Notes under the pieces: generated by a model
The model's database searches: none
What the model was told of the DNA's origin: nothing
Seen by the model: only the letters and a program-made list of their open reading frames with translations
Assembly: GCA_023267635.1 (NCBI GenBank)
Contig: JAHFMX010000004.1
Coordinates: 2,837-66,836, forward strand
Reading direction: 5' to 3'
DNA length: 64,000 bases
DNA from: a bacterium
Lineage (GTDB): Bacteria; Patescibacteriota; Minisyncoccia; Phycocordibacterales; UBA5272
Shown: one piece after another, positions 38,722 through 49,514 of the stretch
How positions within the stretch are numbered: the first letter of the stretch is position 1
Layout of the letters: each line of letters opens with the position of its first letter
Position numbers and translations under genes: made by a program

Positions 38722-39573
38722 ATGCGCGAAGAGGTAGTACAACACGGAGCCGAAGAAGTCCACACAAGCAGCTTTCTTCATGTTATTGAAGAGATACCTT
38801 CTATAAACGCACCAATTCTTGGGGATATCGGCCCAATCACTATTGCAACCTCAACAGTTACGGTAATGCTTATCACGCTTATATTCGTGGCGCTCACCAT
38901 TAAAGTATCTCGAGCGAAATTAATTCCTTCAAAGTTTCAAGTAGTGCTTGAGATGTTCTATGGCGCGGTTGCTGATTTCATTACATCTATCGTAGGAGAT
39001 AAAGAGCGTGCAAAAAAGATTATTCCATACGTTGGAGCGCTTATGACGTATCTTATCGTAGCAAACTTACTTCCTATGGTTCCTGGAGTAGCTAGTTTTT
39101 ATGTAACAGGGTCTGAAGGTCAACATATTCCGCTTTTCCGCGGTGCAACAACTGATTTCAACACAACCTTTGGTCTGGCGCTTGCTGTAATTGTGATTAT
39201 GCAGTTTGTTGGTATGAAAGAACAGGGTATTGGAGGATACTTATCTCACTTTATTCAGATCAAGCAAGTGATACGAGGATTTAGAAAAAGTTTTGGTGAA
39301 GGAATGGTTTCAATTATCGGTTTCTTCGTTGGTCTCATTGAAATTATTTCAGAAGTAGCAAAGATTTTATCACTCTCACTTCGATTATTTGGAAACATGT
39401 TTGCTCACGAAGTGCTTACGGTAATTCTTTTAGGAGCCTTTGCTGTTGCAGTTCCCGCTATTTGGATGGGAATGGGATTACTTGTTGGGGTGGTGCAATC
39501 AATTGTATTCGTAGCGCTCGTTACGGTGTACTACTCTTTGGTCTTAAAGAAAGAAGGTAAAGACGCACATTAG
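38722..39573 (+). CDS. atpB: ATP synthase Fo subunit a
   Basis: PSKFQ, SLSLRLFGNMFA, VQS..F..L. Confidence 0.95.
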   Translation: MREEVVQHGAEEVHTSSFLHVIEEIPSINAPILGDIGPITIATSTVTVMLITLIFVALTIKVSRAKLIPSKFQVVLEMFYGAVADFITSIVGDKERAKKIIPYVGALMTYLIVANLLPMVPGVASFYVTGSEGQHIPLFRGATTDFNTTFGLALAVIVIMQFVGMKEQGIGGYLSHFIQIKQVIRGFRKSFGEGMVSIIGFFVGLIEIISEVAKILSLSLRLFGNMFAHEVLTVILLGAFAVAVPAIWMGMGLLVGVVQSIVFVALVTVYYSLVLKKEGKDAH

Positions 39574-39600
39574 AAAGATTTTTGGGAAATAAAAAAGCGC

Positions 39601-39873
39601 TCATGGAGCGCTTTTTTGTTCGGTCGAGGTCAAAGCCTGTTTTGCAGCAAAGTGTTCAGCCACCAATAATGCGGCCTTCATGAGTTTGCGTGTGGTGCTC
39701 GGTGGTTCATTTTTCCATGTGTAGGGGTAAGGTTCGAGCTCTTCTGCTCCCACAGGAAGCTCTTCGATAACCTTAAATTCTGCCAGCGCGCTGACAGAAA
39801 AGAATGTTCCATCGGGAAGCTTCATGAAGAAGGTTGATCCCGCACAAAACAATTGCATGTCTGAGAGGTTCAT
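39601..39873 (-). CDS. Hypothetical protein, ORFan cassette antisense within the atp operon
   Basis: SD ggag 6 nt before ATG 39873; the stop lies inside hairpin aaaaaagcgctc-atg-gagcgctttttt. Confidence 0.6.
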   Translation of the reverse strand: MNLSDMQLFCAGSTFFMKLPDGTFFSVSALAEFKVIEELPVGAEELEPYPYTWKNEPPSTTRKLMKAALLVAEHFAAKQALTSTEQKSAP

Positions 39874-40044
39874 AACGTTCTCCAAAGGTACTAGGTTCTT
39901 TAAACTGTACGCTTTTATTACTTCCAAGTCAAAGATATTTCATCTGCCTACCCACAGAAGTCAATCTGCACAAAGCAATTTTTTCTGCTATACTCTCATC
40001 AAAGCCCCGTGGGGCGGATTTTTATTGATTAGTTACAATTATTT

Positions 40045-40263
40045 ATGACACCAGAAGCAGCAATTTATATCGCAAAGGGAATGTGTATCATCGCCATGAT
40101 CGGTACAGCTATCGGACAGGGATACCTCGTAGGAAAGACTATGGAAGCAATCGGTCGCAACCCAGACATTGAAGGATCACTCTTTTCAAAGATGATCATC
40201 GGTGTTGCCATGACAGAAACAACAGCCATCTTTGCGCTCGTTGCATTCTTCCTCCTTGGTTAA
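40045..40263 (+). CDS. atpE: ATP synthase Fo subunit c
   Basis: IGQG, GRNP loop, conserved E in AMTETT. Confidence 0.95.
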   Translation: MTPEAAIYIAKGMCIIAMIGTAIGQGYLVGKTMEAIGRNPDIEGSLFSKMIIGVAMTETTAIFALVAFFLLG

Positions 40264-40273
40264 TTTTTTCTAG

Positions 40274-40768
40274 ATGGAGCAGATTCTTACCATTTTAGGA
40301 AGTGTTGGGTTCAATTGGCACGTTGCACTAGCAAACTTCATTAACTTTCTCATCATCTTATTCATTTTGAATAAGTTCTTTTTCGGCAAGCTTGGAAAAG
40401 TGATTTCAAATCGTCAGCAAGTAATTGAACGTGGTCTTTCTCAGGCATCTGATGCTGAAAAAGCTCTCGCATCTGCTGAAGACGAGAAGAAACAAATCAT
40501 TCATGAAGCTAAAAAAGAAGGACATGTGATTGTGAGTGAAGCGCAAACACAAGCAGAAAATCTTGCTGCAACAATTAAGAGTGATGCAGAAAAAGAGATA
40601 ACACTACGAACAGAAGCCATGAATCACAAAGAAGCAGAGTTAAAGACAAAGGTGGAAAAAGAGTTCGCTCTTCGTGCACCATCTCTTGTTGCGACGCTCT
40701 ACGCTGAAACACTTAAGAAAAACCTTACAGCAGAGGATAATAATGCGCTTATCGCAAGCATGAAATAG
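40274..40768 (+). CDS. atpF: ATP synthase Fo subunit b
   Basis: INFLIL TM followed by coiled coil; operon position. Confidence 0.92.
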   Translation: MEQILTILGSVGFNWHVALANFINFLIILFILNKFFFGKLGKVISNRQQVIERGLSQASDAEKALASAEDEKKQIIHEAKKEGHVIVSEAQTQAENLAATIKSDAEKEITLRTEAMNHKEAELKTKVEKEFALRAPSLVATLYAETLKKNLTAEDNNALIASMK

Positions 40769-40772
40769 TTGT

Positions 40773-41120
40773 ATGATTTTGTCACGACAAATTGCAGAGT
40801 TACTGCTTAAGAAGAAGGTTGGGGTGGATGAAGTAACAGAAGCACTGTCTTCGTACGGACTTCTTTCTCTCTTACCCAACATTCTTGATGCAGTTACCAA
40901 ATTAACTCGTGATGAAAAAGAACAAGACACTATTCGCATAGAATCTCCTTTTGAAATAGAAGAGAGTGCGCTCTCTCGAATTAAAAGAATTGTGGGAAAC
41001 GACATGGCGCCCACCGAAGTAACTATCAATAAAAATCTTCTAGCTGGATTCAAAGCACGCTACAAAGGAATGTCATACGATGGATCAGCGGCACGAATTA
41101 TTAAACAATTAACAAAGTAA
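40773..41120 (+). CDS. atpH: ATP synthase F1 subunit delta (short form)
   Basis: LLAGF...YDGS C-terminal motif; operon position. Confidence 0.8.
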   Translation: MILSRQIAELLLKKKVGVDEVTEALSSYGLLSLLPNILDAVTKLTRDEKEQDTIRIESPFEIEESALSRIKRIVGNDMAPTEVTINKNLLAGFKARYKGMSYDGSAARIIKQLTK

Positions 41121-41125
41121 CCAAC

Positions 41126-42628
41126 ATGTCAGTAGAAAAAATCATCAAGGATCTGGAGAAAAAAATAGAAACACTTTCGACTGAGGTAGAAGTGAATGAA
41201 ATCGGAAGTGTTATTTCTGTCTCTGACGGTATTGCTCGTGTATCTGGCCTTTCAAAGTGTGCGAGTATGGAAGAAGTGACATTTGCTTCAGGGGCTAAAG
41301 GGCTCGCTCTTAACCTCGAATCTGACATGGTTGGTATCGTTATTGTTTCTGGTGCTGAAACGGTTCGTGAGGGCGAAGAAGTGACGCGCACAGGACGCGT
41401 GCTCGCTATTCCTGTAGGAGAATCTCTTCTTGGACGTGTGGTTGATCCTTTGATGAACCCAGTGGATGGTGAAAAGATAACAGGCCTGGACGCAATGGAA
41501 CTTGTAGAGAAGATCGCACCAGGTGTGATGGATCGTGAACCAGTGAATGTTCCTATGCAAACAGGAGTTAAGGCGATTGATGCCATGATTCCAGTTGGAC
41601 GTGGACAGCGTGAACTTATCATTGGTGATCGCCAAACAGGGAAGACAACGATTGCGCTCGATACGATCATTAACCAAAAGGGAACTGGCGTTATTTGTGT
41701 ATATGTTGCGATTAGCCAGAAGGAATCAAAGATTGCTCAGATTGTTGAAAAGTTGAAAGCAGCTGGAGCTATGGAGTACACCGTTGTGGTACTTGCTGGA
41801 GCCTCACACTCTGCAGCGCTATCATACTTGGCACCGTACGCAGGAACTGCCGTTGCTGAATACTTTATGAACAAGCAGAAGGACGTGCTTGTTGTATATG
41901 ATGATCTTTCAAAGCACGCTGTTGCATATCGCGAAATGTCACTTCTTCTTAAGCGCCCACCAGGGCGTGAAGCGTACCCAGGAGATGTATTCTACCTCCA
42001 CTCTAGACTTCTAGAGCGTGCTTGTCGCAGAAATGAGGCCGCAGGAAGTGGTTCTATCACAGCGCTACCAATTATTGAAACTCAGGCGGGAGATGTGTCA
42101 GCGTATATTCCAACAAACGTTATTTCGATTACTGACGGACAGATTTTCTTGGATGCAAACCTTTTCTACAAGGGTATGCGACCAGCGATTGATGTTGGAC
42201 TCTCGGTATCACGTGTGGGATCATCTGCTCAAACAAAAGCGATGAAGAAAAATGCGGGCAAGATGAAACTTGCGATGGCACAGTATCGTGAACTTGAATC
42301 ATTCTCTCAGTTTGATTCTGACTTGGACCAAGATACAAAAAGAACTATTGAACGAGGAAAGAGAACACAGGAAATACTTAAGCAAGCAAACGGTTCACCA
42401 CTTCGTACAGGACTACAAGTTGCGTCAGTGTACGCAGTTAACAATGGCTACCTGGATTCAGTTCATGTAGAACATGTTCAAGGATGGGAAAAAGCTATGC
42501 ACACATACATGCTGTCATCTGGAAAAGAAGTAGTTGAATCTCTCGAAAAGGGTTGGGATGACAAGATAGAGAGTGACCTTAATGCTGCACTCGAAAGTTT
42601 TAAACATGTGCACAGTAATGGTGCGTAA
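41126..42628 (+). CDS. atpA: ATP synthase F1 subunit alpha
   Basis: GDRQTGKT, PPGREAYPGDVFYLHSRLLER. Confidence 0.98.
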   Translation: MSVEKIIKDLEKKIETLSTEVEVNEIGSVISVSDGIARVSGLSKCASMEEVTFASGAKGLALNLESDMVGIVIVSGAETVREGEEVTRTGRVLAIPVGESLLGRVVDPLMNPVDGEKITGLDAMELVEKIAPGVMDREPVNVPMQTGVKAIDAMIPVGRGQRELIIGDRQTGKTTIALDTIINQKGTGVICVYVAISQKESKIAQIVEKLKAAGAMEYTVVVLAGASHSAALSYLAPYAGTAVAEYFMNKQKDVLVVYDDLSKHAVAYREMSLLLKRPPGREAYPGDVFYLHSRLLERACRRNEAAGSGSITALPIIETQAGDVSAYIPTNVISITDGQIFLDANLFYKGMRPAIDVGLSVSRVGSSAQTKAMKKNAGKMKLAMAQYRELESFSQFDSDLDQDTKRTIERGKRTQEILKQANGSPLRTGLQVASVYAVNNGYLDSVHVEHVQGWEKAMHTYMLSSGKEVVESLEKGWDDKIESDLNAALESFKHVHSNGA

Positions 42629-42634
42629 TAGAGA

Positions 42635-42747
42635 TAAAAATTTCAATTTATAATTTTCAATTTTTAATCAAGTATCAATGTACTAATTAAAAAATTAAGA
42701 ATTAAAACATTCAATAAAAATTAGAAATTGAAAATTAAAAATTAAAG
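42635..42747. repeat. AT-rich heptamer-based inverted repeat between atpA and atpG
   Basis: aattttcaatttttaat ... attagaaattgaaaatt imperfect inverted arms. Confidence 0.6.
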
Positions 42748-42757
42748 CAAAGCGCAT

Positions 42758-43606
42758 ATGCAGACAAAAGTTATCAAGCAGAAAATAAAGAGCGTTGGAT
42801 CCATCAAGAAAATTACAAAAACGATGGAGATGGTTTCTGCTGCGAAAATGAAGAAAGCAACTGATGGAGCTCACACACTTCGACCATTCCATCAAGAAGC
42901 GCAGGCTATTTTAGAAGATCTTTCACTGGACCCGCTCGCGTCTCATGAGCTTCTTGCTCACAATGGAGTAGAAGAGGAAGTTGTTGTTATTGTTGCATCT
43001 AACAAAGGTCTTTGTGGTAGCTACAATGTGAATATCTATCGTAAGTTACTTGAGGCTTACACAGAAGAAGAGAGAAAGAAATTGAAGATCGTTGCGTTTG
43101 GAAAATACGCAGAAAAAGTAGCAAAGAAACTTCATATTGAAACACTTGCCTCTTTTACTCATCCACAGCTTACAGGCGACGACGCACGAGTCGTTGCTCA
43201 CATGCTTGTTGATTGGTATACACAAAAGAAAATCGGTACAGTGAGAATTCTCTACACTCATTACACCTCAGCTTCTGTGTTTACTCCAACACTACTCCAA
43301 CTTCTCCCATTTTCTTCGGAAGGGAAGCCTGACACACAAGGTGAGCCTCGTTATGACTATGAGCCAGATCAGGAAACAGTGCTTACAACTATCATTCCAA
43401 TGATGATACATAACATCATCTACGGTGCTGTACTTGAAAGTTACGCATCTGAACATTCAGCGCGAATGTTTGCTATGAAATCAGCAACAGATAACGCAAG
43501 CGAGCTTCAGGACGAGCTCAAGTTGTACTATAACCGTGCTCGTCAGGAGCGAGTAACGCAAGAAATTGCTGAAATTACGTCAGGCGCCATGGCGCTGTCA
43601 TCTTAA
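42758..43606 (+). CDS. atpG: ATP synthase F1 subunit gamma
   Basis: KITKTMEMVSAAK, KGLCGSYN, RMFAMKSATDNA, RQERVTQEIAEI. Confidence 0.97.
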   Translation: MQTKVIKQKIKSVGSIKKITKTMEMVSAAKMKKATDGAHTLRPFHQEAQAILEDLSLDPLASHELLAHNGVEEEVVVIVASNKGLCGSYNVNIYRKLLEAYTEEERKKLKIVAFGKYAEKVAKKLHIETLASFTHPQLTGDDARVVAHMLVDWYTQKKIGTVRILYTHYTSASVFTPTLLQLLPFSSEGKPDTQGEPRYDYEPDQETVLTTIIPMMIHNIIYGAVLESYASEHSARMFAMKSATDNASELQDELKLYYNRARQERVTQEIAEITSGAMALSS

Positions 43607-43625
43607 AATCAAAATAATGTACTAG

Positions 43626-45498
<1,873 letters not shown>

Positions 45499-45529
45499 AA
45501 ATAAAACCCTTCATTGGTATTGATAAATA

Positions 45530-45638
45530 AAAAGATTGCTTCAGATGCAAGGCGTGGAGGGTTTGCGAAGAAGATGTAGATACAACTACATTGATGAGCA
45601 AACGAGGCTCCGCAACGCAGCAGATGAGGCGATATTTT
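45530..45638 (-). repeat. Family A-related repeat, reverse orientation, between atpC and uppP
   Basis: Reverse complement catctgctgcgttgcgg...tcatcaatgtag...tacatcttcttcg...cgccttgcatctgaagca. Confidence 0.6.
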
Positions 45639-45640
45639 AT

Positions 45641-46420
45641 TTATCTAGGGAGAAAGATAAAGAAGGCGATGATGCCAATAATAATTCTATAGAACCCAAA
45701 CACAACAAACGTGTGTTTTTTAATATAATCAAGGAAGAGTTTAATAACAAAGGTTGCAACAATAAATGAAGAAAGCATTCCGACTAAAAGCGGTGTAAGG
45801 TTTGCTGAGTGAAGTACGACATCCATATTTTTATAGAAAGAATAGAGTGTTGCAGCTGCCATGGTTGGAACAGCTAAAAGGAAAGTAAATTCAGTGAGAA
45901 TCTTTCTGTCGAGTTTCATAAGAAGTCCTCCTATGATTACTGAACCAGAGCGAGACACTCCTGGAATTATGGCTACAATTTGATAGATACCTAGAAGGAA
46001 CGCTTCCTTCATAGATACCTCATGACGAAGTTCTACTATTCCTGCCTCGGTCCATTTTAGGTACATATGTTCCACAAAGAGGATAATAATTCCTCCGATA
46101 AAAAGGGTGACACCAACCAAGAGTGGATTAGTAAGAAGTGGTTTGATGTATGGATAGATAAAAAAGCCTGCTAATCCTGTTGGAATGAATCCCACAGTTA
46201 AGCGTTTAATCATTGATACCGTAAAAATTCTTTTCCAGAACATGTAGAGCACTGCTAAGATGGCACCAAGTTGTATTGCGATTTCAAAAGCGATAAGGAA
46301 ATCAGTCTGAGGGATGTTAAGAAAATGAGAAGCAAGGATGAGGTGTCCTGTTGAAGAGATTGGTAAAAACTCCGCGAGACCCTCAATTATTCCAAGAACA
46401 AGGGCTTGTAAGATAGTCAT
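45641..46420 (-). CDS. uppP: Undecaprenyl-diphosphate phosphatase
   Basis: EFLPISSTGHL, IQLGAILAV, PGVSRSG. Confidence 0.96.
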   Translation of the reverse strand: MTILQALVLGIIEGLAEFLPISSTGHLILASHFLNIPQTDFLIAFEIAIQLGAILAVLYMFWKRIFTVSMIKRLTVGFIPTGLAGFFIYPYIKPLLTNPLLVGVTLFIGGIIILFVEHMYLKWTEAGIVELRHEVSMKEAFLLGIYQIVAIIPGVSRSGSVIIGGLLMKLDRKILTEFTFLLAVPTMAAATLYSFYKNMDVVLHSANLTPLLVGMLSSFIVATFVIKLFLDYIKKHTFVVFGFYRIIIGIIAFFIFLPR

Positions 46421-46452
46421 GTGTGTATAATAACACATGCTAAAATAAGCAC

Positions 46453-46914
46453 ATGAACATGCTTATTCTTTTCTGTGCAGTAGTACTGATTTTTATCGCA
46501 GCCATTTTTGCAGCACATCGAGTGTTTACTCGTCATGAAAAGAAACATCACGTGCGACACATCATCATGTTATCGCTTATCCCGTTTGCTTCATGGCACG
46601 CCGCCACGTTTCTTAAGAATGCAATTACATTTCCTCGTCCCGATTTAACGAACGCTCTATTTTTACCGCAAGATGTTACTAGCTATGGACTGCCATCAGG
46701 ACACGCTGCTTTTATGTTTGCTTTAGCTGCTACGATGTATTCATTTGATAAGAAAGCAGGAATAGTTTTGTTTGTGTTAGCTGTTTTCACTGGAATTGGA
46801 CGCGCTCTCGCAGGAGTGCATTATTGGTATGATATTGTGGGCGGAGCAGTTCTAGGATTTATTATTTCTTCTTTTGTTGTTACTGTTTGTAAACGTGTGA
46901 TTAGGCGTTGGTAA
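46453..46914 (+). CDS. PAP2-family phosphatase
   Basis: K......RP, PSGHA, R...GVH...D. Confidence 0.9.
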   Translation: MNMLILFCAVVLIFIAAIFAAHRVFTRHEKKHHVRHIIMLSLIPFASWHAATFLKNAITFPRPDLTNALFLPQDVTSYGLPSGHAAFMFALAATMYSFDKKAGIVLFVLAVFTGIGRALAGVHYWYDIVGGAVLGFIISSFVVTVCKRVIRRW

Positions 46915-46987
46915 TATACTTCGGTAGTGTACTGAGAAATTGTTTTGTGGTAGATTAGAAAACGATTGTTCAACTTTAGGAGTAGAA

Positions 46988-47143
46988 ATGAAAGCAACTC
47001 ACATCCAAAATGGCGGACTTGTTCCAAAGTCACCACGTCATTATCAAGGGCCAACGCGTCCTAAATCGGTACGTAAAGCGGAGCAGCGTAAGCGGAAAGG
47101 ATACTCCGATTCTCCCAGGAAGAATTCCAAAACCAACAAGTGA
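46988..47143 (+). CDS. Small basic protein (51 aa), ORFan cassette
   Basis: SD aggag before ATG 46988; K/R-rich; terminator at 47158-47189. Confidence 0.5.
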   Translation: MKATHIQNGGLVPKSPRHYQGPTRPKSVRKAEQRKRKGYSDSPRKNSKTNK

Positions 47144-47195
47144 CTGATCGTCCTTGTAAAAAAGACTAGCCCACAGGCCGGTCTTTTTTAGTGTG

Positions 47196-47243
47196 CTCCC
47201 GATTTCTTAGACTGTAATTCAGTCCTTTGAAATCGCAGTCCTG
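47196..47243 (+). repeat. Family B repeat, copy 3, abutting the smc promoter
   Basis: ctcccgatttcttagactgtaattcagtcctttgaaatcgcagtcctg. Confidence 0.75.
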
Positions 47244-47261
47244 TGTTACACTTTTTATACT

Positions 47262-49490
47262 ATGCGTTTGTCGCACATCACCATCCAAGGGTTTAAGTCC
47301 TTCGCCAAAAAAACCACACTTGATGTTACTCATCAAGTAACTGGTGTTGTTGGTCCAAATGGTTCTGGTAAATCAAACATCGCAGAAGCAATTCGTTTCG
47401 TTCTCGGCGAACAGTCAATGAAATCCATGCGTGGAAAGATCGGAGCTGATGTGATATTTAAAGGTTCAGAGCATTTATCTCCACTTTCACGCGCTTCCGT
47501 TATGATGGTGATCGATAATAAGGATAAAGGAGATGTAGCGCACGCTTCAGAAACACTTGCTCCGTATTTGGTATATGACGAACTTACGTTATCCCGTGTT
47601 ATTTATGCTGACGGTACGAGTGATTATATGCTCAATGACGCAAAAATCCGCTTAAAGGACGTACAGGAATTATTATCGTTTGCTGGTATTGGAGGAAGTG
47701 CCCACACTATTATCAATCAAGGTGAGGCGGATAGAATTTTACTTGCTAATCCTCGAGACAGAAAAGAAGTATTAGAGGATGCTCTTGGGTTACGTATGTA
47801 TCATATGCGTTTAAACGAAAGTAAGCGCAAACTTGAGCGCGTGAAAACACATGTGCATGAAGTTGAACTGTTGCGAAAAGAAATCAAGCCGCACCTCGAT
47901 CATTTGAAGCGACAGGTTGATAAAATTGAAGCGGCAAGTGAAGAGCGGAATAAATTACATGCACTTCTTATTGCATATCTAACTCGTGAAGAAAACGAGT
48001 TGCAGGCGTTGGATGAACGTATCCGTGAAGAAGGGTCTTCAGCTTCTCTTATTCTCATCACTGATTCTATTCAGAAAGAATTACGTGTACTTAAAGATAG
48101 TACTTCTACAACGCAGGTAACATCTACTTCCGAAAAGCACACACTTCAAACTGAAATGCGTGGACTCTTAGAACGTCGTGATCAGGTAACAAAGACGCTC
48201 GGGAGACTAGAAGCAGAAAAAGCATATTTAGAAAAAGAATTTTCACGGGATGTAGAAGGTAAGGCTGTTACTTTGACCCATGAGAAATGGACAACTACTC
48301 AAACCCTTTTTTCTCATGAAATTGGAGCGCTTGAATCTGCGCTCACCGCTTCTGATATTCAAAAGGCAAGCACACACGTAGAGGGACTTAAACATGAGGT
48401 GAATGAGTTTTTTGGAGCGCAAGACAAAGGAGACGTAACTAAAAAAGAATCATTGAAGCGGGACATTGAAACAGTAACGCAAGCTATTGTAGAACATGAG
48501 CAGAAGGAGCAAACTCTTTCTCGAGATGTTGTAGTGCTTCAAGAAAAGATAGATGCAATTGATGTTCATGCCCAAACGTCTCTCCAGTCTCGTCACGAAG
48601 AAGAAAAGAAGGTAATGACACTCCAGAGTAAGTTGCGTGAACTTGAAAGTACTATTGCATTACGAAGACAAGAAGAAGGAGAGTTTTCTCTTCGTAAGCA
48701 ACACTTTGAAGCTCTGCGAGAGGAGGGTGTGCTTATTGTGGGGCGAGTTGTGTTGGAATATAAGGATCATAGTCCTGAAGAGCGATTTCGTGACACTCCA
48801 AAACCAGATATCCTGCGTGCTATTGAACGTTGTAAACTCCGCATTGAAGAAGCAGGGGTTCCTAATCGTGAAGAAGTTATTGCAGAGTATGCTTCAACTC
48901 GTGAACGTGATGAATATCTTGCTCGAGAACTTACGGATATTAAAGATAGTGAAGAAAAGTTACTCACACTCATTGATGAACTCACCACATCTCTAGAAGA
49001 ACGTTTTTCAAAAGGGGTAGAAGAAGTGTCTAAGGTATTCAGTGAATTTTTTGGAGAGGTGTTCGTGGGAGGAAAAGGAAAGCTTGTGCTTTTACAGTTA
49101 ACCAAGATAGATGACGAAGGAAATCAAACGATTGAACAGGGAATAGACATTGACGTTTCGCTTCCAAATAAAAAAGTGAAAGAGATAACTATGTTCTCGG
49201 GCGGAGAGCGTGCGCTCGTGTCCATCGCCCTTCTTTTTGCAATGTCATCAATTACCCCACCTCCATTTATGGTTCTCGATGAAACAGATGCGCCGCTCGA
49301 TGAATCAAACGCTCGTAAGTATGGAGTGATGTTGAAGCGACTAGCAGAAAAGAGTAAGTTGCTCGTGATTACACACAATCGAGAGACCATGAATCACTGT
49401 GATATGTTGTACGGCGTAACGATTGGAGTAGACGGAGGAAGTAAATTACTCTCAATTAATTTTAAAGAGGCAGAGAATTACAGTAAGTAA
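47262..49490 (+). CDS. smc: SMC chromosome segregation ATPase (short, no recognisable hinge)
   Basis: GFKSF, GPNGSGKSN, IINQG, FSGGE, LDETDAPLD, VITH. Confidence 0.88.
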   Translation: MRLSHITIQGFKSFAKKTTLDVTHQVTGVVGPNGSGKSNIAEAIRFVLGEQSMKSMRGKIGADVIFKGSEHLSPLSRASVMMVIDNKDKGDVAHASETLAPYLVYDELTLSRVIYADGTSDYMLNDAKIRLKDVQELLSFAGIGGSAHTIINQGEADRILLANPRDRKEVLEDALGLRMYHMRLNESKRKLERVKTHVHEVELLRKEIKPHLDHLKRQVDKIEAASEERNKLHALLIAYLTREENELQALDERIREEGSSASLILITDSIQKELRVLKDSTSTTQVTSTSEKHTLQTEMRGLLERRDQVTKTLGRLEAEKAYLEKEFSRDVEGKAVTLTHEKWTTTQTLFSHEIGALESALTASDIQKASTHVEGLKHEVNEFFGAQDKGDVTKKESLKRDIETVTQAIVEHEQKEQTLSRDVVVLQEKIDAIDVHAQTSLQSRHEEEKKVMTLQSKLRELESTIALRRQEEGEFSLRKQHFEALREEGVLIVGRVVLEYKDHSPEERFRDTPKPDILRAIERCKLRIEEAGVPNREEVIAEYASTRERDEYLARELTDIKDSEEKLLTLIDELTTSLEERFSKGVEEVSKVFSEFFGEVFVGGKGKLVLLQLTKIDDEGNQTIEQGIDIDVSLPNKKVKEITMFSGGERALVSIALLFAMSSITPPPFMVLDETDAPLDESNARKYGVMLKRLAEKSKLLVITHNRETMNHCDMLYGVTIGVDGGSKLLSINFKEAENYSK

Positions 49491-49514
49491 GTTTTATGCT
49501 ATAGTTGATAGATT

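Noticed and set aside
41101-41677. Antisense ORFs over atpA, and similar ones over clpB, topA, smc and trmD
   Set aside because: Typical antisense shadows of conserved genes, with no independent signals or motifs.
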